This document shows, piece by piece, positions 49,001 through 60,540 of a stretch of 64,000 nucleotides of DNA (position 1 is the first letter of the stretch; each line of letters starts with the position of its first letter). Source of the stretch: Lama glama (taxonomy: Eukaryota). The notes below the pieces were generated by a model, which saw only the letters and a list, made by a program, of their open reading frames with translations, had not been told where the DNA came from and ran no database searches. The translations under genes and the position numbers were made by a program. The stretch covers positions 40,116,001 through 40,180,000 of the forward strand of contig CM052816.1 in assembly GCA_028534125.1 (NCBI GenBank), given 5' to 3'.

Positions 49001-50124
49001 ATTGCAGGAAGCTCATTTCCCAAAGCCTCCGAGAGCTGTAGCTTCCCTCCATTATGTATAGTGCTGGCCACGTTTCCCTAGGTCTTGATGGAAATTCTAA
49101 ATGCCATCTTGCATTTGCCTCACTCCCCCCCCCCCCTTTTTAAAAGCTCATTGACTGGCATCTCTCCTAGCTTAAACATGCATACAAGTAGAAAATTCTG
49201 ATTTCTTGTTTCATGCATCGTTAGCTGTTTATTGTTATCATTTGCTGGTCGGCTAAACTCTTTGATGACTTTAGAAGGCAAGTAAGTACCTCCAGTTTAT
49301 AGCTGAGTACCTTGGTTGGCGGCTGGCATGGAGCTGTGCTGGATGCAAGCTTATTTGAGAGTCTGGTGTTTGTTCATGGTTTCTTGATGTTCTTACTTCT
49401 GCTTCAAAAATGGCAATTAATCAAGACATCTGACCAGTCCTCCAGGATTCTTATTGCCTAGAATCACCTGCCTCCAGCCCCAGAGAAAGAACTATATTCA
49501 CTAATATTGCAGAAAATGCATTTTAATGATGATCCTCATGGCAACTGTACTCATAACTTTTTTTTTATACTAAACATTCATATTCTTTGCCTAATTTTTA
49601 TTGTAACAGCTATCAGATAGCTAGATGTCAAAGGTGAAGTCTTGGACCATCAGAAAAGAATAATAATGAGAACAGTTAAGTGCTATTTGTTCATTTTTCT
49701 TATTTAATCTTTGTAATAACCGTGACAGGTATGTACAACTATCCTTATTGTATTAATGAGAAACTAAAACACAAAGAGGTTAAATACAGCTGAGAAGATC
49801 ACAATATTATTAGCAGAATTTTCCCTCCTGTTATTTCCACCTTAACGTTTCCGACCAAGCAGTGTGTTCATCAACATAGGACAGGATTTGAGAGTGAGAA
49901 GGAAATATCTAGTCTCTGACTTGTGTGTATCCCCAACCTAAGTTTGGCGATACAGTATTGGAGGAAAATATCACATTAGAAATTATACCTTTAGAGAGAA
50001 AAATCAAAATTAGGGAGTAGGAGGCTGCTTTACCCTCTAGACTAGAGAAAAATTCTGCCGGTTTAGCTGTCTGTGTATGTGTGGTGGAGGGAGAAATGAA
50101 GAAAAAAATGAAAATGATCCTGAA

Positions 50125-50599
50125 TTGAGGATCCTGTTTCCTGTGGAAAACCTAAGGAAACCTTAATTGGTAGCAGTCCTGTGCTGTACACGGGACCAGG
50201 AACAGCCCAGATGAGTGTGTGGTCAGGCCACTCAGGATGGCTGTTCTCTTGCTTTCTGAACATCCCCTGCTCCGCCAGTGCCTGCTTCATCTGCACTTAC
50301 AGGACTGACCTTCCTACACACCTGCCCCAGCTAGTGACTGTTCTTATCAAAGGGCCCGTGATGGGCGTGCCCCTCTGCTGGTTTCCCTGGTAACTGACAT
50401 CGGTTCCCCCTAAACTGCTAACCTCCCCCTGCCCGGAAGGAAGAGTGCCAGTAAGTCCCACCCCACCCTCTACTGCTCACCCTGGGGAGTCACTCCTTGC
50501 TTTGGACAGATAAGCTCCCCATCCATTAAACTGCTGACTTCTCTGTCGCTGACTCCAGGCCCTTTCTCCAGTCTTGAAACTGCAGGGTGCAGCCCAACA
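50125..50599 (+). mobile_element. MER74/MER54-group ERVL solo LTR
   Basis: 3' end CCATTAAACTGCTGACTTCTCTGTCGCTGACTCCAGGCCCTTTCTCCAGTCTTGAA...GGTGCAGCCCAACA matches my recall of this group. 5' boundary approximate. Confidence 0.6.
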
Positions 50600-51174
50600 G
50601 TGAGTTTTCCCCATCAGAGGTGACTGGCAAAGATGCCTCCAGAAGTGAAATCTGAAAGAGTAGATGGGTGATTTTACGTGAACAAAATATATGCTAGATT
50701 CTCATTACATGTTTGTAAAGTTAGTCATGTAGAGTTGGAGGGAAAGTGAATTTTAATTTAGAAATACTGAGTTTGTGGTGGCACCAGGGCATCTAGGATG
50801 AGACATCTAGAGAGTAAATTGGAAATGTAGTACTTAGAATTAGGAGAGATCTGGACTAGGGACATAATTTAGGAGTTAAGCATAAAGATGTGTGGTTAAA
50901 GCCATGAAATAGGGTCATCGAAAAGGCATTGAATGTAAGCAGCAATCATGTCCCAGTCATTTTTGTATCCCCAGTTTCTTAAACAATACTCGGCACATCA
51001 CTGATTGGACTTATTGGACAAATGTATGAAATGAGGAGACAGAGACAGGGAAGGAAGTCAGATGCTTGGAGAGAAGAGCCAGGAGCATAATCTGCCAAGA
51101 AACTGAAAACTTTCAAAAGGATTAAGATCCTGTTGACTAATAAGATAATCAGTAAATGAAAAGATACAGATTAT

Positions 51175-51362
51175 TTTTGAGGGTTTAAACCTGGCTGTGT
51201 ATTCGTATCACTCGGGGAACTTTAAAAAATAATTAAGGGAAAGAATGCCTGGTCAGACCACTTAAATCCAAATCCCTTGAAGTGGGGGAAAAAATGACAA
51301 GGTTTTTACAATACTGTACCTCATCTGGTTCTCAGGTTCAGCCAGAGTCAAGAACTACTGGA
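51175..51362. mobile_element. MER5-like hAT-Charlie DNA transposon remnant
   Basis: AAACCTGGCTGTGTATTCGTATCACTCGGGGAACTTTAAAAAAT...CAGCCAGAGTCAAGAACTACTG. Confidence 0.6.
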
Positions 51363-51500
51363 TTAGGTGATTTCTTAAATCATAGACATTCCAGCTTTCA
51401 GCAAAATTTAAGTATTTTTTATATAAATAGTACATTTTTTTGCCTTGACTTCCTCAAACCTTCTCAGCGTACACCTTATTTAAATGCATCATTATCCTTT

Positions 51501-52065
51501 TGTTTCGAACACAAGTTAGTGTGCCTGATACACAGTGAGGCCAAACAAACCAAAACAGAGTGATTGAAGCAGAGAAAGGTTCATTGCAGGGCGGAGCAGG
51601 GAGAGTGGGTGGCTCGTGCTCAAAACACCCAAACTCTCCAATGGTTTTCTGGGAGAAGTTTTAATAGGCGAAATTTGGAGTGAGGGCTGCAGGACTTGTG
51701 AATTTCTTCTAATCGGTTGGTGGTGAGGTAATAGGGCAGTGTTCCAGGAATCTTGTGTTCAGCCTGAAGTTGCCATCCTCCATCTGGGTGAGGGCCTTAG
51801 TTCCTGCAGAAGAACTCACAAGATACTGTTAGGTTTATTCCTCGAGTAGGAATCTGGCTCCTGCTTTAACAGCTGCACTGTCTTTTTATGATTTTTCCTC
51901 CTTTGTTTCTGCATTCCCTTACTTCCCTGATAGGCAACTGTTTAAATCTGCTCTTTGGAGCTTTGGGAGGCCTAGGAGGCTGAAGTCTTTAGGTTGCAAA
52001 TAAGAAACAGGGGGACACAGAAAGGCTTTTGTGTCCAGGAGGGCCTCACAGGGCCTGGTTTTATG
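51501..52065 (-). mobile_element. ERV1-type solo LTR
   Basis: GCAGAGAAAGGTTCATTGCAGGGC...GGCTCGTGCTCAAAACACCCAAACTC...ATCGGTTGGTGGTGAGGTAA...CAGCCTGAAGTTGCCATCCTCCATCTGGGTG resembles laurasiatherian ERV1 LTRs read in reverse. Confidence 0.65.
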
Positions 52066-52310
52066 ATCTGTATCCAAAGTCATTTTGACCCTTATTTCTC
52101 CCTCATTCCCTACACCCCCACATCAGATCCCACTGTTTCTTTCTCACAATTTATCCCTTATGTTACATCTTCTTGCCCAAGCTGTGGTTCACCTCTACAC
52201 TTTCCCTTGCTAAAGTGTCCATTTGTGACATGATCTCTTACTTGAATATCTTGGCTCTGCAATCTGTTACTTTCTTTGCCACCAAACTTACCTCGCCAAA
52301 CACAGGTCAC

Positions 52311-53525
52311 TGTCGCTGGAGAATAGGTTCTTGTCTTGTGCAGGAAAGATTTCAAGAGCAAGGCATAGTAAAGTGAATGCAAGTGGGGTCCCTCTCACTC
52401 AGAAGGGAAAGCAGCTTAGGAGATACACATTCCATAAGCAGAATACAGGCCATCTCAAAAGGCGAGAGGGAGAGAGACCAAGAGGTGTGGGGTGTTTAAA
52501 GTAAAAATATACACCCTCCATAGACACAGTGGAGGCTGTCTCAGAAGGCAAGAGGAAGAGTGACCACAAAGTGCAGAGTTGTTAGTTTTTATGAGCTTGA
52601 TAATTTCATATGCTAACGGGTAGGAGGATTATTTTAACTGCTCTGGGGAAGGGGCAGGGATTTCCAGGAATCAGCTGCCGACTCCTCACCCAATTTTTAA
52701 CCTTTTACGTCAGCTTAGGAACTGTCATGGTTCCTGTGGGTGTGCCATGAGGCTCAAGGTCTACTGGAATTTGAATCATCTGCCATCTTGGTTGTAACTG
52801 ATGCAGGAAAAACGGATGTGGGGCATGAGGGCAGCCGTTTCTCAGGCTTTGGTTGAGCCCCTGGGACGTGCCCTGCCAAGTGTGGGTCCTTGGCTTCGCG
52901 CAGGAAGGAATTCAAGAGTGAACCACAGTTGAGTAAAGGTAGATTTATTTAGAGAGATATACCGAAAGGCAAGAGAAAGGTCACGAGGTATGGGGGTTGA
53001 GTGCTCAGATGAGTAAAAGTAGGTACACACTCCATAGTCAGAGTGCAGGCCACCTCCAAAGAAGTGGGGAGAGGGAGAGGGAGAGAGAGGGTGGAGGCGG
53101 CAGCTGCGAGGCACCATGTAGCCAGTTTTTATGGGCTTGGTGGCTTCATATGCTAATAAGTGGAAGGACCAGTCTAACTAGCCTGGGGAAGGGGCTAGGA
53201 TTCCCAGGAAGTTGGCCATTTCCTACTCTTTGAACTTTTGTGGCCAGCCTTGGGACGGCCATTGTGCCTGTGGGCATGTTATTTACCATGTTAATAGATT
53301 ACAGTGTGCATATAATGAAGCTCAAGATCTGCTAGAAGTCAAATCTCCCACCATCTTGAGCCTCAAGGTCTCCTGGGGGTTGAATCTTCCACCATTTTGA
53401 TGTTAATTGCTGTAGCATTCCTTGAATGGCTGTCCCCTGCCTCCTTCCTGTCTCATAACCAGTTTGCCCTGTCCTCAATTGTTGTGTCATTCCTTCAATA
53501 ACTGTCCCCCTTTCCTCCTGTCTCA
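52311..53525 (-). mobile_element. Outer ERV1-type solo LTR (split by a related LTR)
   Basis: TG at 52311 and CA at 53524-53525, flanked by TCAC/CCAC. Shares blocks with the inner element (GCAGGAA.GA.TTCAAGAG; CATATGCTAA; GCTCAAG.TCT.CT.GAA; CCTGTCTCA). Confidence 0.65.
52799..53455 (-). mobile_element. Inner ERV1-type solo LTR with 4-bp target-site duplication
   Basis: TGATGCAGG...CCTGTCTCA flanked exactly by TAAC (52795-52798) and TAAC (53456-53459). TTTATT at ~52944 gives AATAAA on the minus strand. Confidence 0.8.
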
Positions 53526-53529
53526 CCAC

Positions 53530-54040
53530 TATTTGGCTTACAAACCTTTTTGTGAATTCCTATTACTTAGCAGATAGAGCCCGAACTTGAGTTTGCATCC
53601 AAAGTCCTCCCTGGTCTAACTTCAGCCTCACATTCCAGCCTCATCTGCTGCTGCATTCTCACCCTCTCCCAGTGTTCTAACCTCCAGACACTCTGTGCTC
53701 AAGTCTCCTGTGTACGTTAACTCCTTGATGTCTTCGTGTTTTCTTCTTTCCTTTACCTATCAATATCTGAACTTTTTAAAAAAAGAACTAGCTCAGAAAC
53801 CACTTTTAGGAATCTTTTTCCTTCCCCGGTCAGAATTAATTCTTCCTTTGCTCTACTCTCTTGTCACGTAGTATCTCTATTACAGCACTTAATACATTAT
53901 GTCTTACTTTATGGTTAATTGCTTTAAACTCCTTTCTCCTGTACTAGATTGTGATCCCTCAGAGGCCAGCTGTCAAGTCTTAGTGTCTTCATATCCCACA
54001 TTTCATCTAGCACTGCACTGTATGAAGAGTACTTAGCGCA
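53530..54040 (+). mobile_element. L2 LINE 3' fragment (continues left of the LTRs)
   Basis: ACAGCACTTAATACATT...CTAGATTGTGATCCCTCAGAGGCCAG...CATATCCCA...TCTAGCACTG. Confidence 0.55.
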
Positions 54041-55479
54041 GGATTATTGCTCCGGCTTGAACTGAACTGACTTGAACTACACTCCAAGCATTTTACCTAA
54101 AAGTTAAAAAAAAGAAAAAGCCTTAGTAACCTAGTAAACACTTTTCCATAAGAGGCATGCACTGAACTTTAATACAGCTAATATGACTCCATTTCAGTTT
54201 GAAACATTTATTATTGTTTTGCGGTTATGAGAAGGTCTAATAAACAAATCCATCAGTTTTTTTTTTAATTTGACCCTTTTTATCTGTTAAAACAGAAGCA
54301 ATTAACAATATAGGCCTGAGAGAAAGGGCAGTTCATTTAAGCAAATTGCCTTTGTTCTTTCGGGACTGAAGGTAAATTGTGTTTGTAAAGTAATCAGTTC
54401 GGATTTAGCCCATTTCTTTGTTCACTAATGGATTTCTTTTTCTATTTAATAATTATCGTAATTCTGTTATTTCTGAATAACTGTGGGCTTAAAATTTTTT
54501 TAAAATGACAGCTCTTAAAGCCTTGCTTTCCCCTCCTTTTCTATGAAATGAAAGTCAAAATTGCTCCCATTGTGTCTCCTGGGTTGCACCATGCATTAAG
54601 AAAACATTCTACCAGGGAAAAATAGTAAATGGCTTTCCCAATCACATGCCTTCTGCTTAACTAATGACCTGGTTAGAGGAATCCTAATCAGTGCTTCCTT
54701 CCTTAGGCATATAGGTGATACAATGCGTGGATGGAAGCTATAGTTAGAGCATTCATTTTTTTACTTTTCCAATGATTCACAGAAAATCGCCTTTCTAACT
54801 TGCCTGCAAAAATACCTTATTAATGAGGCTCTCTAAAGCCATGTTGTAATCTGTATTAAACAAAAAAGTCAGTGTCTATTATTTTCCCCTCTGTATTAGA
54901 GTTTCTTTACTGGTTTGCTGGTTTCTGGTTTGCTGGTTTCTCTGTTGTTTTGTCTAAGGACACACATGCTGTTTGAATACAATAACAAAAAGTAACAGCA
55001 TCCCTGCCTGTGAATGAATATGTACCTTTTGGGTGAATCAAACATATGGTGCCATTTTAGAAGAGAGAAATGTATTTTTTAATGTGAACTATAACTGATC
55101 ATAGCAAATCATACAGAGTTTTTGGTGGTGGTGGTAGGAGAGGGAATCTTGAAATGTAATGTCTGTAGAAAGGGCATTATTTTTCTGTAGCTAAATGCTG
55201 CAAACCAGAGACTACTGAGAGGCTATGTGAACAATCACACCTACTCATAGATCTTTTCCTATAAAAGTCTACATTTTTATGTCAAACAAAATAATGTAAC
55301 ATCAGTCATATCTGCCTCTGTTTTGGGGAGCGAGGGGCTTATTTGTATTATGCTTGTCCACCGCTGCCCTGAGAAGCTACAAAAATAAAAGTTGTATCCA
55401 GGACATTTCTCTTAGCCTGTTTGGAGGCTACTTACACATCTGTCTGTCCCATGTATTCTCCTCTTCTTGAACAACTTAA

Positions 55480-55795
55480 TTAATAGCCTCTCTACTCCAT
55501 CAAGGAACCATTTTCATGATCATCCTAATGAAAAACAGCCCCCTTTCTCTATCATATTAGCTTGCTTTATTTTTCTTCCTATCACTTACCATTATCTGAC
55601 ATTATATTAGGTATTTTAAATTTCATTTGTTTATTAGTTATTCTCCACCAGAAAGTAAGTTACATAAGTGTAAGACTTTTTTTTTCAGTCATATCATATT
55701 CACTACTGGATCCTCTGTAGTGAGAGGCAACTAGAGCAGTGCCTGATACAGTGTGGGTGCTATTTAAGTATATATGGGGTTTTGAATGAATGAGC
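55480..55795 (+). mobile_element. L2 LINE 3' end
   Basis: CACTTACCATTATCTGACATTATA...CTAGAGCAGTGCCTGATACAG...TTGAATGAATGA. Confidence 0.65.
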
Positions 55796-55889
55796 ACTGT
55801 GCATTACTTTCAACTCCAGCAAAAAAAAAAAGTCACAATTTCAACTAATTTGGTAAATTGTAACAAGTTTAAACTTTCAGAAAGAAAGC

Positions 55890-56145
55890 GAGGTTACTAG
55901 GGTGGGGAGGGGTAAATTGGGAGTTGGGGATTTGCAGATTACACACTACTATATCTAAAATAAACAGCAAGGCCCCACTCTGTAGCACAGGGAGTTATAT
56001 TCAATACCTTGTAATAACCTATCATGAAAAAGAATATGAAATGAATATATATGTGTATAAATGAATCACTATGCTGTACACCAGAAATTAACACAACATT
56101 GTAAATTGACTATACTTCAATTAAAAAACAAAACAGAACAAAAAG
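55890..56145 (+). mobile_element. 5'-truncated lineage-specific L1 3' end with A-rich tail
   Basis: GGGAGTTGGGGATTTGCAGATT...AAACAGCAAGGCCCCACTCTGTAGCACAGGGAGTTATATTCAATACCTTGTAATAACCTAT...ATCACTATGCTGTACACCAGAAATTAACACAACATTGTAAATTGACTATACTTCAATTAAAAAA. Confidence 0.85.
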
Positions 56146-57409
56146 GAATGGCCAATAGTCCAAGAAAACATTGTTAACAAATAAGAAACATTAATATTAG
56201 AGATGATAATAAGGATTATGCAACACCTCTGCATAATTACTAAATTTAAAAACATTATGGGTTCCTATTATGGTCATTTTTTGCACAAGATTGTGGAGAT
56301 ATAAATGTTAAAAGTATATCAAATTTCTTCTTGTGAAGAATATATCTCCTCAAGAAAATCATATTCTAATGAAGAAGTAAGATAGGTAAAAAAAAATCTC
56401 AGCCCTGTTATTAAAGGAAAAAACCAAAAGCTATAAGATATGGTTGGTGGTACAGGGGGAAGCATGATTGTCTCTTTTGGGGAGGTCATCAGAGAAGCCT
56501 AACAGAGCAGGCAAGGCCAAGCTAAACTTAGAACACAGTTTCCTCTTATACTTCTTCTGGAACTCCTTCTGATGAGAGAATGAAAAAAAAAAAAAAGATC
56601 ATCATTTTTCAAGTTACTGTGGAGGAATGAGACTACTGATGCTGAAACTGAATTTTGCCCACACTGACTGAGAGTTCACCCAGAGGCTTAAAATTTTCAC
56701 TTAAAATTAGTGAGTCCACCCATAGAGAAACATTGTAATTCTGATCAATATCATAATATTGAGTAGATTTCTATATGAGTACCACTTAGCCATTGAAATT
56801 TTTAAAACTGCCATCTACTGAAACCGAGGGTGTTCAGTCAGTAAAGTTATTGCAAAAATATAGCAAGCAAGGGTTCAAGCTGCCATTGGCTCAATAAATA
56901 ACTGGCTATGTTTTCATCCAATTAAATTCCATGTATCTTTCTCTGTTTGATCCAGACTGTGGCCATGGCTGCCCCTGCAGGCAAATGGGTAGCCAGACAC
57001 TTCAGAGATTCTATTCTTTTCTCTTGTTGTACTATGAATCCTTAGAGGGGAAAAGCCCATAATATCTCTGTATTCTATTCAGCCGTGTAAAGAAGGAGAA
57101 CAGTCCTCTCCTCTACGGGATGATTCTCCGCGACAGCTAGGACTCATGTTCCTCCCACTCCTGTTACAAAAGAGTATTATTAAGCACTATCTTTGCCCTA
57201 ATACTGCATTTTGGCTAAATAATACCTATTTAATTGTAAAATATTTAATACAATGAAAGTATGTATTGGATTTTTTTGTCCTTTACAATGAAAATAACTA
57301 GTCTCTCTGAAATTTTCTCTTTTCTGACAATTTTTGGCATCTAGCAGACAGTATACATTTTAATAATTAGGATAGATGGTTAAATTTCCAGGATCCTGTG
57401 ACCAGTATT

Positions 57410-58340
57410 TTGCATTGACAATGGGAAGTTGCTTAAGGGTTTTTTAATTAGGATAATGAAGTTAAGACTAAATCAGAGAGGGCCAAACTAAAGGAGGACG
57501 AGCCAAGTTTAGAGTGTGCAGAAATCCAGCTGATAGTGACCATGGTCTGGACTAGTGACATTAGTAGTAGAAATTGAGAGGCATAATGGATTTGATAAAT
57601 AAGTTAGATTCAAGAGGAGCTTGAAGTTAAGCAGGGTAAAGAGGGGAGGGAGAGAGAGAAATCAAGACTACCCTGGTGGCTGACTTGAGGACTAGTAACA
57701 TTTTCATAAGGAAACTAGAGGAGGATCCAGTTTGGAGCAAGAAACAATGATCTAAATTTGGAAGTTGTTGAACATTTCATGTCTAAGAGTCATTCAAGTA
57801 GAGGTATTTAGATAACTAATACATGGATCTAAAGCTGAGAAGGATCTGTGTTAAAGATACACATTAGGAAATCAGTACATGTGATACTCTGTGAAGCCCT
57901 GGGAAATGATGAGTCAGCTAGGATAGGAAGCATCTAACTGGAGGAGAGATCACCTGCAAAGTACCCCCCCAGAACACTCACACAAGTATGAAAACAAAGA
58001 AGAGCCGCTAAAGGTTATTGAGAAGTGGAAGGCAGGCAAAAAATTCAAGAGAAAGAAATATTTTAAGAAACTGGGAGTGTTCACCAGCATCATAAACTAC
58101 TGGGAGGTCAAGTAAGTATAGATTTGAAAATGTGCATTACATTCAGCAACAAGAAGACAGTAACCATGGGACCGCAGCATCCACAGGGACCTGAGCAATG
58201 GAGATAAAGGCAGATTTTGAGGAAGGTTCAGGTGACAGTGAGAGCCTCAGCTGTTTCATGGAATTTGACTGTAAATGAAGAGAGGATTGCTGAGAGAGGA
58301 AGTTGGCACATCGTTTGTTACTTTGGATTAGAAAGAACAC
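57410..58340 (-). mobile_element. L2 LINE fragment
   Basis: Reverse L2 ORF2-like purine-rich text (GAAATCCAGCTGATAGTGACCATGGTCTGGACTAG; GGATCTAAAGCTGAGAAGGATCTG). Confidence 0.55.
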
Positions 58341-59649
58341 GGCATGCCATTGTGCCAGTAAAAATGAGAAGCTTAAGAGCAGTAGTGGGGCGGTGATACC
58401 CTTGTGGTAATGTTCCTGGATTCACACTCTAAGTCTGGATAATGCTGGTAATCTGTTCCCCCTTTAAAACATTTATTATGTATAATGGCATTTTAATAAA
58501 GCCTTTATGAGTTTTGTGGTGAACCTATTCGATTTTATGTATCCCAGAATTTCCCCAAACTAATTTGATCAAAGAGCATTTTTTTTTTCTTATGGAGTAC
58601 CTGTTAATTATCTAAAGAAACAGAATTCCTTAAGAGCTTTGTGGTAAGATAGGGTTCCTGAGGGAAAGAAAATGATGAGATTCTGGGCTCAAGCGGAGGG
58701 ATTCATCTTAGCAGTAGGATGAGCTCTCCTGGTGTGACAGGATGAGGAAAGAAAAAGTATGGATACTGCCAGGTTTATAAACTTGATGGCAATAAGTTGA
58801 TAGCTTCTCTTTCTCTCAGAAGGTTAAGATAATACCATAGCAACACGCAGACACAGAAATAAGCTCACAAACTGACAAACTGAGCCACACACATAGAAAC
58901 CCACACACAAATATGTGCATAAACATATACAACACATATATAAACTCACAAACGCTAGCGTTTAAATATATACAAATACAAATAAATGGAGAGAACATAG
59001 TGCTCAGATACTGTAGGACTGGAGTTTATGAAAAGGAGAAGAGTAGTGAAACTGTTGCTGAGGCCATTTCCAGAGAAAGCTGAGTATGGTTTCTCAGCAT
59101 CGCTGGGTCCCAGGTAGTGTAGAAATCACAATTTATATTCATACTCACTTACTGAGTGTAATTCCTTGAGCGGCTTTAAACAGCCTCTTTGTAGACAAAG
59201 ATAATGCATAATTGAGACTGATTCAGGATTAAGGTATCCAGGTGGCATGATGGAAGAAATAGGGTAAAAGAATTAAACATGTTGGGAAAAGAGAGATTGA
59301 CTTATTATTCAGTGAATGTAACTGTATAAACGTGATGCTGATAATAACTGTGATGACAGAAGGTCATCAGAAGATTGGGGACCCTAACTCAGATAACCTG
59401 GCTCCAGATTTTGTGCTGTAGAAAGCGATGGTCAGAGTAGAGAGATAAAAGATCAGGCTGTCTTGAGGGAATCAAAGATTGTAAAGGTAATAGCTTGATG
59501 ACTGTAAGGTAAAGGTAGAATACTGACTGGATCTCTCATATGGCTACTGAATCCTTCCGTACCTTTTGAAATAGAGGTAGCAAAGGTGATGGTGATCCAG
59601 ATTCTAGAGCCCTCCAGGAACTGTGGTGGCGGGTGGCAAGGTAATAAAC

Positions 59650-60540
59650 ATGTAGAAGATGGTATCACAGAAAAGCATAAACTAGATACGAGCTGGAAAC
59701 CCTTTTTTGTAAAAATAGCTTTTCTGAGAGTGATATCACCGAAGTGGGGACAAAGAAGTCCCCAACCTCAGTCTCCCAACAAAGATGAACAATTAGACAG
59801 GTATCCATTAGAAGCTGTAGAATTAGAAGGACACAGCTCTGGGAGAGCTCTGGAGTCCACTTAAGAAATTTCAGCAACACAGTCATCAAAACACTGCATT
59901 TAAAAAAAATTGAGAATAACCACAAAAGGGACGGAACACAGCTTCCCTTTGTCTGCAACATCCCATCCCTGAGCTGGCATTGCTCAGTGCTAAGAGGGCA
60001 CTTCCCAGATCAAATGAGTCCCCCTTGCCAGGAAAGGAAGAGTGGGTGAGCTACCAGCTTTTTCAGCCTTTTGGGGCACCCCCTCAAAGATTCCTCTTTA
60101 GTTTCACTCCTCCTAGAGCAAAGCTGAGACTTAACAAAGACAGATAGGAATAAGGAAGAAAAGCAGGGACTACCGATTAGCAGCCCCACAATGGGAGTGA
60201 CTGTATTTCACAGTGACCTGCTCTCCTGACAAACCCAGTAGCTTTCACCACTGAAGGAGGAACCGAGGGCCAGCACAGCTGCCGTAGAATCCCTGCAGAT
60301 TTCACCAGATCTCCCTCCCAAGGATCTGCATTTGCTGATGTCAGTTACTTTAATCCCTACTCCCCACCCTCTGGGAGCCCCAGGAACTGCACTGGCAGTT
60401 CCTTTAGACCTCTGTGGTTAGAATGCAAGAAGCCAACCTAGACCCCACAGCTGACCCCCACCGCTAGGCGTGCCCCTTGGGATTAACCCTTCCAGCACAA
60501 ATCGGTCTGCTTCCTCGTAGAGGACTATCAGGAAAGCTTG
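59650..60540 (+). mobile_element. Probable old L1 5'UTR fragment
   Basis: GC-richer block beginning AAGATGG..., with CCCAACAAAGATGAACAATTAGACAG...GAGAGCTCTGGAGTCCACTTAAGAA resembling ancient L1M 5' ends. Confidence 0.4.

Noticed and set aside
54910..54941. Exact 15-bp duplication CTGGTTTGCTGGTTT
   Set aside because: Simple slippage repeat with nothing further to support a function.
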